Source: Lepidodermella squamata (taxonomy: Eukaryota > Animalia > Gastrotricha). From it: a DNA stretch of 64,000 nt. The notes under the pieces were generated by a model that saw nothing but the letters and a program-made list of their open reading frames with translations, searched no databases and was not told the DNA's origin. Positions 25,353 to 36,900 of the stretch are shown here, one piece after another (position 1 is the stretch's first letter; every line of letters begins with the position of its first letter). The stretch is from the NCBI GenBank assembly GCA_047495785.1, contig JBLDXI010000043.1:434001-498000 (forward strand), written 5' to 3'. The translations under genes were made by a program, and so were the position numbers.

Positions 25353-28300
25353 ATGTACACTTCAGCCTCAATAACGTTTGCTCTTCTAACGTTATGTTGC
25401 AGTGGAAATGCAGTCTTAGGATGGCGAAGCCGTTCACTTGCATACACAAAGGTTTCTGGAATTGAAGCGCTCTTCGAAGCAGTCTCATTGGACAATGTCG
25501 CAGAAGTAGACGCGATCATCGAAGAACACTTCCAAGGCATCCACCTGGCTGAAATTCGCAACGCTTCCGGATGGACCTTGCTCCACCAAATCGCCCTATC
25601 CGGCAGCAAAAAAGTCTTCGAACACTTCCTACCAGCGGCAAATCGACCGCAATCTCAAGGGGACCTGAGTGATACTGTGAAAGCGATAATTGAAGCTGTG
25701 GATGATCACAACCGTACGGCTATATTCTACGCCACTGCAAATATTCAGACGCTTCTTATTGACTACTTTGCGAACACCTCGCGACTCGATGCAGACGGCA
25801 TGCCGTTGAGCCATTTTTTGGCCAAGCAGAAAAACTACGACGCCCTGTCTAACCTCTCCAAGCTTCGAAACATCGACCGGGATGTTTTCGGAGGCAAAAG
25901 TCTGTCGCATTCAGCAGCTGAATGGGATTTCCCAGAATTTCTTCAGCTTCAGGGCTACTTCAATGCCTCTGCCATCGACAATCATGGCCGAACCCCGACG
26001 TGCTGGGCTGCCATCAACGGAAGCCTGAATTTTGCTCTAGAAATGGTGAAGCGTTCGCATCCAGTAATCGAAGGTCGGTGCTTGTATGGTAACGGAAGCA
26101 TCGGTTCGCCTCTTCACGCAACTGCTTTCTATCGATATGGGGCCTATGTTAAGATGCTACTAGCCCAGGGAGCCGAGGTTATGGCTAGGAGCGAGCTTAA
26201 TTCGGAAACCCCTCTGCATTCGTTGGTTGAGGGAAGCTGCGAAGAATGGAAGGATTCTGATTCGGAAATTGCCGCCATGTTGTACGACGCATCGCATGAC
26301 ATCATTGAAAGCCGTGATTCGCGAGGTCTGACGCCGTTTCTTCGTGCCGTGTCTTCATCGTGTCCTAAAACACCCCGGGCATTGTATACAAAATTCTCTG
26401 CCGATCATAGAGCTGTTGACAACAATTTCTATGGACTCTTCCATCTGGCTACTGAGACACTGGCTGCCGATCTGATCACGTTGCCTTTTGTCGACGTAAA
26501 CGCAAAAACAGAGAACACAGGCCTTACACCTCTGCATGTTGCAGTCATGCAACACAAAAGCATTAAATTCATCAGATTTCTGTTGAATCACGGGGCAGAA
26601 AGAAATGAAGTTGACAAATCGCTCAATTCAGCCGTTCATCACGCTGTAATAGAGAATAACTCCGAGGCACTGAACTTATTTCTCAAAGATACTAAAGTCG
26701 ACTTCAGATTTCGAAATTCACAAGGAATGACGCCATTTCTCCTCGCCATTGAGCTGGAGCGACTGAGCATGGCGGAACAGATTTTCGGTGTCCTTGGCCA
26801 GCCTTTGATCGCTGATTCGATGATTGACACCAACAACTCTGCGCTCCATCTAGCTGTTCAGAAGAATTGGACCAAACTGATGGATATGATGGTGAAATTC
26901 GCCCCAGACGATCTGCCGAACTCCGCTGGCGAAAATCCACTTCATACGGCTGTAAAGCTTGAAAGACTTGAAATCGTCCGATTGATTCTAGCGAAAAAGC
27001 CGGATTGGCTATCGGGTAAAGATATCTACGGTAGAACGCCTTTGCATATCTTGGCTTTGAACTGCGCTAATCAGGAAACACAGGCTATGGCTCACCTCAT
27101 GAGCGATCGATTCGTAGATTTTGAGAAAGAGCGAGATTTATTCGATGAAACGCCGTTAGAAACGGCAATCAAGCGGAATTGTGTGAACCTAGTAAAATTC
27201 ATGCTCGAGAATAGCTCGGAAGGTGTTTGTAAGGCGTTGAACACTCGCGAAGGCTACTCCCCGCTTCATGTTGCCAAGGTGCTGGCTCTCGATGTCATGG
27301 TGGAAGTGATGGTCGAATCGAACAAATGCAGCATGGATCAGATGGACGTTTCTAAACGAAAGGTCCGCGATGTCGGCGCGCTGGAAGAAGTTTCGATGCC
27401 AACTTTAAAAGAAGGTAAGTATTTATTTTAGGGATATCAGACCGATCGTAAATACCGAAGTATAAGTGAGGACCTAAAAAGAAGGGAGGGCCGATTTAGT
27501 AGAGAGGGCTGCGAGGCATTAGTTATAATTTAACAGAGGAACTAAATTGTAGAGAGTGTCTGATGCCATCACGCTTGACGCCCGCCACCTGGAAATGCGT
27601 GCGCGGGTAAAAATTAGCTGTTCACCTTAATCCTTCTAAATTTTGTTTACATACAGCTTAAGCGAAACTCGAAGGAAAGGTGGCCCGAGTACCTGGTGCA
27701 AGGCATCATCGATATGAAAATCCTCTCATTTGAAGGTGATTAGCGGCATTTTATGTGATGCCCAAGTATTGGGCTGAGAAAAAATAATAGGGTAGGCCTA
27801 AATAAAGGAATTGAAGAAAGGGGTTTTCGGACCGTTTGAAAAAAATAGTAGGGAGTCCTTCATATTCCGGTTAGAGATGTTTTTTTAGAGATCGCAAAAC
27901 TGCAATCAACGAAGAATGCAGGTAGGCTATCCTTATTCATAGCAACGTAAGTAATGACATGCAAGTTTGAAGCTCTAACAAACGAAGCAGAATGAATTTC
28001 CCATAACGAATACACTTTTGAACTCAGGGATCAAGTGACTTTGTACTTACACATTGTTTGAATTCTTTAACTCGATTATTAGAACTGGTAAAACTGCGGT
28101 CTGCTGATTCTGCAATATTCGAAGGTGAGAGTTTTCCAGCTGCTAAAATCAAACTCTGTCCATCCCATCTCACCCAAATAACGAAAAATGGTGCTCGCCC
28201 TCTCAAGCGCGCCCTCCTCAAACGTGTTTCACCAATCGTAGTACTTAGTACTAGTCCCGCTTGAGACTAGAATGTCATACGGGTTTCGTGTCTTGGACTC

Positions 28301-30176
28301 GTCAGTGAGGCCGTTCATCTAGTTTTATAAATTGTCCAGTTTTTTAACAGTTAGCCAGTAAAAGCTCTAGAAGCCCCAGCAGACCTTATTTTTCCATCTG
28401 CTGCTTCAGACTAGAAGCAATTTTTCAATATCGGTATCGACCTTTTTCATCAATTTGAATGTCGTTCATTAGAACTGGCAAAACTGCAGTCTGCCAATTC
28501 TGCAATGTCAGAAGGTTGGAGTTTTTCCAACTGCTATAATTCAGCTAATCTTTTTATATTCATCTTTAGAACTGATAAAGCTCAGATCCGCTGTTGATGC
28601 GTTAAATACAAGACGTAAGCCCGCCTTTCATGATACTAGACATCTTAGACGAAACGAATAATGTCATCATTTTCAGCTTTTTGCGAGCAGGGATGCATGA
28701 ATGGAGGCACCTGCTGGGCACCCAATAAATGCAAGTGTACAAAAGACTGGTACGGGTCAAACTGCGGAATACCGGTAATTTTTTGAGCTTGTTTTCTACC
28801 CTGTAAACTTGCGCATCGTCGATATTTCTTGTTGAACTGATCGAACTTCAAACTTGTTGGCAAAAATATTACTAGGGTAAGGTAATCTGAACCTAAACTG
28901 CATACCCACTCAATTTGTGTCCTATTGGCCTTAGACTTTGTGGATTTATAAAAATGAAGCATGCTAAACAAGTCGGAACCTATTAAAAATTCAGACAGCG
29001 AAATCAAAATAAAATGGCTGAAAGTAATGAGGTATAATAGCCATTGCTTAACTCCTAAATCTAACGCCGAATGCAGGCGAAAGCGAATCCTGCTGTGATT
29101 TTTCTTACACTACCTAATTTCATGATGCCGAACCCGAATATGGCCACAGAATAAGCCATCTATTCAGCCCCGCTAACTACACAGTCACCAGCACATGCTC
29201 GCTCCGCTCGCATGGTAATGATTGATTGGTAATAATCGATTGATCAGAATTAGTAATCCGGGATTGGTAATCCTCCGAGTCGCTATATAGGGAGACGGGA
29301 GGATTAGTAGTAATTAGTAATCTAGGATTGTTAATCTGTGATTGTTAATCCAGGATTAATAATGCGACCAAATATCACGACTTTCTGTACGGCAAATAAG
29401 CCAAAATATGAGCCAGAAGAACCTCATGGTTATGGAATGACAAGCTTTAAAAATTTTTTATGCAGATTTAGGTAACCTTACCCTATTTTTTCGTTGATAT
29501 AGACGAAATCTTTCAAATATTCATAAATTCTGCCGATGAATCTTTGTAAAATAATGTTAATGCTCGATCCTGACGAACTAAAAGTGAGTTGTAATATTTC
29601 GCACAGGTTCGAACGCTTTATGTGCAATTGTGGACTGCGTGTCTGAGAGCTGACTTGTCGGGAGTGAAGCGACTTGTGGCGGAGATCGACGCGGCCACTG
29701 GCGGCAACTTCGACCCTAACTGGCGAGATCCTAAGCGATACAGCTTTTGCACGTGGCATGTAAAGAACGGCACGCTGCTTCATCACTTGACAGCGTGTGG
29801 TGGGCAACCTGACCAGCGGCTAGCAATAGCTCAGCTGTTTTTGGACCGCGGCGCTGATGTAAATGCTGCAGAGGATCACGATAACTACAAGGCTGTGATA
29901 ATGACCGCGTATCATGGTAACGTCGAACTTGTACGGCTGCTGTTGGACCGCAACGCAGACATCGAGGCCAAGAATAGCAATGGCTTGACGGCGTTGAACC
30001 TTGCGGCCTTAAGTGGCCAGGTGGAAGTTGTGCGGCTGCTGCTCGACAGAGGTGCAAACACACAAGTAGAAGATAAATGGGGATATGCAGCACTCGATAA
30101 CGCAATTTCTAAAGGCCATGCTGCCGTGGTCGATTTACTGCGATTACGAGGAGCAAGATGTGCGAAGTCTTGTTGA
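25353..30176 (+). CDS. Secreted ankyrin-repeat / coiled-coil / EGF / ankyrin-repeat protein, copy C, intact (about 963 aa, 7 exons)
   Basis: Exons 25353-27414, 27889-27921, 28083-28124, 28473-28514, 28570-28614, 28677-28774, 29607-30176 total 2892 nt in one frame. Signal peptide MYTSASITFALLTLCCSGNAVLG. Many TPLH-type ankyrin repeats (GWTLLH, GSPLH, ETPLH, GLTPLH, GRTPLH). EGF CEQGCMNGGTCWAPNKCKCTKDWYGSNC. Terminal ankyrin module with LLDRGADVNA-type motifs. Confidence 0.85.
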
Positions 30177-30922
30177 AAAACGACTCAACTTAAAGACAGT
30201 AACGGTGGGTCAGACAGTCAGTTGTGCGCTGCATGTATTAATCTATCTATGCATCTGCTTCGAATCATCACCCTTGACATAGACTTTTTCCAAATTAAAA
30301 AGATGGGGATTGAAGTATGAGAGAAGATGAGAGAAAGCTCACATAAGATGATTTTTCAGTTTTATTTACAGTTCTTGATTATTAACAGGCTCCGATTGTA
30401 ATGAAATAGAAGATAAATTTTCCCTTCCCATTCGTGAGGAAATCGACACATCAGCTGTCGAAAACATTGATCTCGAGCTTTCAGGGGGTTTGATTTTTTC
30501 CCTTCGACGAGGCTAAAATCACGCAATGTCCCTATCAAATCCCAATTTTCGCTGTCTACATCAACCCCAGCTTGGAGTCCCTAATGAGATTTTCGAACGA
30601 ATTTAACGGCGATTCGTTCATCGCTCTTGAATTCCACCGAACGAGAAAGTTCAGCACGCAACCGCCTTCGCAGTCGTAAAAAATTAAGACTGCCATGGTT
30701 GGAGTGGTTAATAATTAACGCAGTGCTTACCTCATCAGCCCGGTTGCCGTGGCCGGGGACGCCGCTTGGGATTGCGAGAACGCTCGATCGCGTGATGTCG
30801 GCTCTGCGCGTCTGCTTCCTCGCCAGGTGACCGAGAAAATTCGGCCATTCCCGCGATTTATTTCTCTGTAAAAAGGGAATTTAACTATAGACCTAGAAAA
30901 AGCGATATTTTTTTCAAAAAGG

Positions 30923-33900
30923 ATGCGAGCGGCAAACTACGTCGCGATTCTCATCCTTGTTGCAGCTCTACAAGGTGAATTTTAAGCCATATTTATATAC
31001 ATTCTTCTTGCAAAAATATTTGAAAATATGGATGAATTCTCAAAATTCTCACAATAACCATTTTGCAAACTTCTGGAAAATAAGGTGATATGTGAAAACG
31101 TCGACGATTTTTCCGAAGTCAAGGAAAACAGAATTTGAAACCCTTTGAAATCAGCCTATTTAAGGGCAGTTTTCCAGAATAGAAACCACCTTCTAAAAAA
31201 ATTTAAGAAATTCTTCAAAAATATTCATAACGCCTATAAATTATATTTTCGATATCGGCTATGCAGGAGAGATTCGAAGGAAACTCGAAAATCCTCATTT
31301 AGGGAAAATCTCTTGCTGCTGTAACTTCGAATTATAGTCGTAAAATCATCTCAAGCAGCCTTATTTTGCCCTTAAAGCAGAACTGTACAAAGATTTGATT
31401 TGATTTTCGGCTAAAAATCAATCAATTTCACATTTCGAATTTTGATATAAAATCACAAAAATCGTCAATAAATCGCAATAGGCTGGCAGTAAGACTGGCT
31501 AAACCTGAATCACCTAATTATTGCTTCTTATAAAGCTTTCTTTGTTGGCAAACGGTTTTTTGTGAAGTTAGAATTGTTCTCAATTTTATGTTTAAATTAA
31601 AATCGATCTAAATTAAACGAAGATCGGCCTAAATCAATCACTTCGCATCGAAATTGGGAAAATTAGGATAAAAACCCAACAAAATCGAATGAACACAAAA
31701 ATTCAAGAAATTATAACTAATAAATGATTGAAGACTCTAACCTTAATGTGTGTGTTTCTATCGCTGCTTTCAGAGTTGTCAACAGCGCAAGACGGCAGCA
31801 AGCCGCTGTCGGCGAACCGGAACATTAAAAAGTGGGCCATCCGCGGCAAGCTGCTCTTTCTGGGCGCCATGCAGGACGACTGCCTGAAGGACGGCACCGA
31901 GTGCCCGAACGGCTTCGGCCTCGAGCTGTGGATCTCCACCGGCGGCTCTACGGGCTACCTGGTCTCGAACGGCGGCCAGTCGTCGAAGACGAACGGCTTC
32001 TACGTCCGCAAGCCCGTCAATGGCGAGTATGAAGTTGGCGTGGCGCTGCAGAAGAACCTGTGGCGGCAGTTTGTCTACCTGAAGGCGAACAAGACCGTGC
32101 ACTTGGGCTTCACGTGGGACAAGGCCAGCGGCATGAAGATCTACGTCGATGGCCTGGTGGCCGGGCAACAGCGCCAGTCAGAAGGGTGAGTAGAACTTTT
32201 CATAGTTCTTTTCACGATTTAGATATGTTTCTCACTCTTCCACTCATTACGCAACAACAACAAATTATTTTTCCGGTAATTGCGTTTCAGCAATTTCGAG
32301 AAAATTCGAGAATCCTCACTCATAGTGAAATATAAACGGGACAGTGCCACCAATCTTGCCTCGAAAGTTTCGCTGCCTAAATATTTGCACCACCAAAATG
32401 AATTACGGTTCCAGCACAAAATTTGAGCGTTTCGGCGATGAATTTTTCCGATTTTTTGACAAATTCGGCGTTTTCCACTCGATTTTGATGGCCCATGAAC
32501 GTGGGATTTCCTATTGTGGTCACCTCGTAGCGTCCGATAGATAGTTGAAATCACGAAACATCACGGACTTGGAACTCGAAGAGGCATAATTTGAGGTCTC
32601 TAATGCTGATCTATAGTGCTGAAGTCTCATAACTATCTAGCTCTTGAATCCATTTTCGAGGTTTTAAGGCTTGCTTTACTTGAAAATTCCCAGCTAGATG
32701 AAAGTCGATGGATAATTCTTCTGTAGTTTTCCACAGAATTTCCCCACTACACAACACTGATTTGCCGATCCTGCAAAGTCCATCTTGAGATTTGAATCTC
32801 AGAGAATCTTGTTGATGATTTTCTCCTAACTTTCGTTCCCCTTTTTCGCCAAAGCTTAATCTTTACTTTGAAGTGATTCATGGGTGTATAGGAAAAATGG
32901 GCAACTTTAGATACAACCATTTTCTCGAATTTCTGGAATCGGAACCTATAAATAATTCCCAAACTGATTAAATGATTTCTCAAATTCCTGCAAATTTTGG
33001 GATTTTTCACATTTCTATCTGGTTCTTGCTATCTTAGCCCAGCCTTTATCGGGACATTCATTCGTCGGGTTATAACAGTCGCCAATTCCCAATTCCTAAT
33101 TCGAAATTCGCAGAAACCTCAAGATTTCTTAACATTTGACTCGCCAATTTTTCTATTTCAATTCACCAAAAATGAGCTGGTTGTAAACTTCAGCTTCTAG
33201 TGGACTTCTCATTTTCCTCATAATTTTTAGAATTTTCTTTTCTTACTTCTATGAAATATCGCTACTAACTTGATCTTTCGCAAATCACAAAGATGAATAG
33301 TTCAGAAATTCCCTCATTTTCGATAAACTTTCGAATTCATTCCGAGACTGGTTCCGCGAACCGACTGCAGCCTTATCCGCAATATTTTTCAATGGAAATT
33401 CCAACTTTCAAATATTTTGTCATTTGACATTTCAATATTTAGTCTTTTTCTTTCATTAGACGTGACTACTCGAGCGTTGGCGTCGATGCAACAGACTCTG
33501 TCAACTACCTGATCGCAAACGGCGACTCCAGCCGCTTCCACGATCTGTTCGACGACAACAACCAGCCGAAACCCGGCGCCGAGCTCTTCGAAGTCGTCAA
33601 CATGACCTACTACTACACGAGCCAGGACACCGTTGTCCGCGAAATGACAAAGGACATGGACGACCGGCTGCTTGTCGCCTGCTACAACAACGTCCCAAGC
33701 CAGTACTCACGCGCCCCCATCCAAATGCCAGCGCCATCCCCTAACAACAACGTAACCTACCTGTATTACCTGTGCCGAAACGGCTGTGCTGGCTCGTCGA
33801 GCGCTGGAGCCCAGGTTTGGGTGCCGAAAGCTGCTGTAGTCGACAAAACCGGCAACTGCTTCTGCTCGTCGAGCCCGAGTGGAGCCACGGCCGCGAGCTG

Positions 33901-36900
33901 CCAAGACCCGGCCACGCTGCGAGCCCTGTGGACCACCATCTCCCTCTCAGACCCGTCCTGGAACCCGGTCTTCACCCTCCAGGTCATCAACCCGAAACCA
34001 ACATGGCGGGTCAATGACGAAATTACCCTGATGGTCACTGGCATCAGCGATGATGTCATGTACCAGTTCGATTTCGGCGATGGTTCCATGTTCCTACCTG
34101 GTAAGGACTCGACAGCAACTTACGCCTATAAAAAGCCCGGAACCTACAACCTAAAACTCACTATGGAGTACGGCCATCGAGCTTACAACAACGAATCGCT
34201 GATTACCTTCAACGTTATCGCAAACCATGTCGGCAAACCACCGGCTGATTTCATAATTCTAAGCTCCACCCTGCAACCAGCGAACGGGTCGATGGCGGTC
34301 AAGGTTCAGTTATCGGGCGAGGATGACTTCAAATGCCGGTATAACGTAAACCCAACTGGTTTGAACGAACGGATCCGCGAAAAGGGCGGCGCGGACCCGA
34401 GCAACTACCAATTCGTTGCGCCTCAGGAGATGACGAGAATCGATCGGGAGCTCGTTGTCTACAACTTAGGTCCAGGCGCCTACGACCTAGTCGCTACCTG
34501 CAGTAATAAGTACGGAAATATGACTAAGGCCAGGCAGTTCGTTATCCCGTATAGCAAGGAACTTGCTACTACCCAACAAAAGACGGTAGATTCGTACGAA
34601 ATCCCAGCTTTGAATATGGCCAGCCTTACCAGCCCGGCTACAGCCCAGATTCGAACTTCGAAGAAATCTATCCCTGTCACAGTAAGCGGGACTACTGGAA
34701 TCAAACTCGGCCAGTTAGACACACTGCTCGAAGTTGGGAATAACACGATTGACGTTACCGTTAATGGCAAACCATTCTGCGTTGTCTACATCTTCGTTTT
34801 CCGACCTGCTGGTAACATGAGACTATCAACCTCGGCGCCTTTTGTCCCATACCCTAAGGGCTACCCGATCAACTTCAACCTATTCGTTGAGACCGGCGAT
34901 GCGATCCAGGGAACCCTGGATTTCGGCGATGGCTCTCCGAAAGAGACGATCCCACGCTTCACAACCGCCTGCCCTTGCAATTACTCCGGGACCCACATCT
35001 ACGGAATGGTTGGCGATTTTGTTATCAACGCTGCTCTCAGCTCAGCAATTGGCGGCGAACCATTCGCAGTTCAATCGCCTTCATTCAAGGTCGATTCTGC
35101 CGCGATTGGCGATGCTAAGGTCGACATGACGCCGGCTGACGGAAAGGTCTATGCTGGTGAACAAGTCGCCTTCGAAGTTTCGGTAACATCCGGATTCTCC
35201 CTCGGCGGTACCATCGACTACGCGGATGGCAGTGTCGAGCCGTTCCGCTTCGATGCGCTGACCTGCCCTTGCACGAAACGCTTCCTCCGCAAGTACAATG
35301 TCCCGAATTCCGAGAATACGATCGTTGTCCAGATTCGAGGCAACTACTCTGAGGCTTCGAAAACTATCCGATCCACGGTCCTAGTCCTCACTGTCCCGGT
35401 TGGTAACGCTAAGTTGGAAATCGCTGATCCACCGAACATGCGATACCTCCCCGGTGATGCTGTTACCTTCAAACTATCAGTCGATTCCGGCGAAAATGTT
35501 GCTGGCAGCATCAATTTCGGTGATGGAACTCCGAATCAAGTCGTTACCTTCGCCCAACCCGTCTGCCCTTGCTCGAAGACCTTTCGTCGCAACTACACCG
35601 ATGTTTCGAACTACACAATCTCGGCGAATGTGACCAACATCGCTGGAACAGCTCGAGTCCCGTCTTTGATCATCCCTTTCACCCAGCAACCGGTTACTGA
35701 CGGGTTCTTGCGGCCAGTTACCGGCTCGAACGCGCATATGTTGCTCGGGGACGAGTTGCAGCTCGAATTCGGTGCTAACGACGGCGAGCAAGTTTCGCTG
35801 GCCGTTGATTTCGGAGATGGAACTTCGATCTTCAAGCAAGATCTCTACAACACGGTCAGACGCCGTTGCCCATGCACCGGGACCGTTGAAAAGCATGTCT
35901 ACGACAAGCCCGGCTTCTACATGATCACTGCGACCTTCAGAAACAAAATCTCGTTCAAGGTCGTTCAAATCCCGGTGAGTGTCAACTTCAAAATCGCGTC
36001 AGTTACCGTGAAAGCCTCTACAGACCGAGTTGTGACCATCAACGCTGATCCTGTGACCTTCACTGTTGAAGTCAATGCCGAGGGTGACCAAACAACCCAA
36101 CCTGGACCAATTTTTGTCGACTGTAATATGGGCGATTATAAGGAAACCAAATTCATCCAGAATCTCAACCCTGAAAAAGACATTGTCACGTTTTCGTACG
36201 TTTTCCCGCGTTTCAACGCGTTCACCATCACCTGCACTGCGAGGAATAACATTTCGACTGCGGTAACTGATGGTTCGACGATTGTGAGAGTTGGCACGCC
36301 TATGAGTCGACTTTTTGTCTATGCACTACGAACCCGAGTCGCGGTTAATGAGGTAATTCCATTCACGATCGCCCTACTCCAAGGAACAGGCGCGATTTTC
36401 GATATCAGCTTTGTGACTCAGGACGAAATGGAGACTACAGCGAAATCTATGTCCGTCTCCCAGGATGTTTTTGGTAGCCCTGAGGTGACTAATCTCAAGA
36501 ACGTGAGTCTCCCAACTCCTGGGACTTACCTGATCAACGTCGTCGCGAAGAACGCGTTTGGATCCTTGACCGTTCGGACCTGCCAGGCTGTCACCGTTGT
36601 AACCCCTGCTGCCCCTGGCCCAATGCAAGGCGAGGAGTCTTGCTCCAACTTGGCGCTGAAATTACCAACTGATGCCCCGAAGATCTTCCAATCCTACGGC
36701 GCGAATATTTCTTTCGGACTTCAGACCGACTGCCGGCGAGGTATGGTCGTCACAGCCCAGATTTTCCGCAAATCAAGTGGTGCGGAAAATGCGGTATTGG
36801 TACCGACCAGTGCCCAGCTATGCTCGACATCCATGGTCCAGCCATACCCGGTTAATGACACTAATATCTACACGAACATCCCACCAGGCCGCATTGGAAT

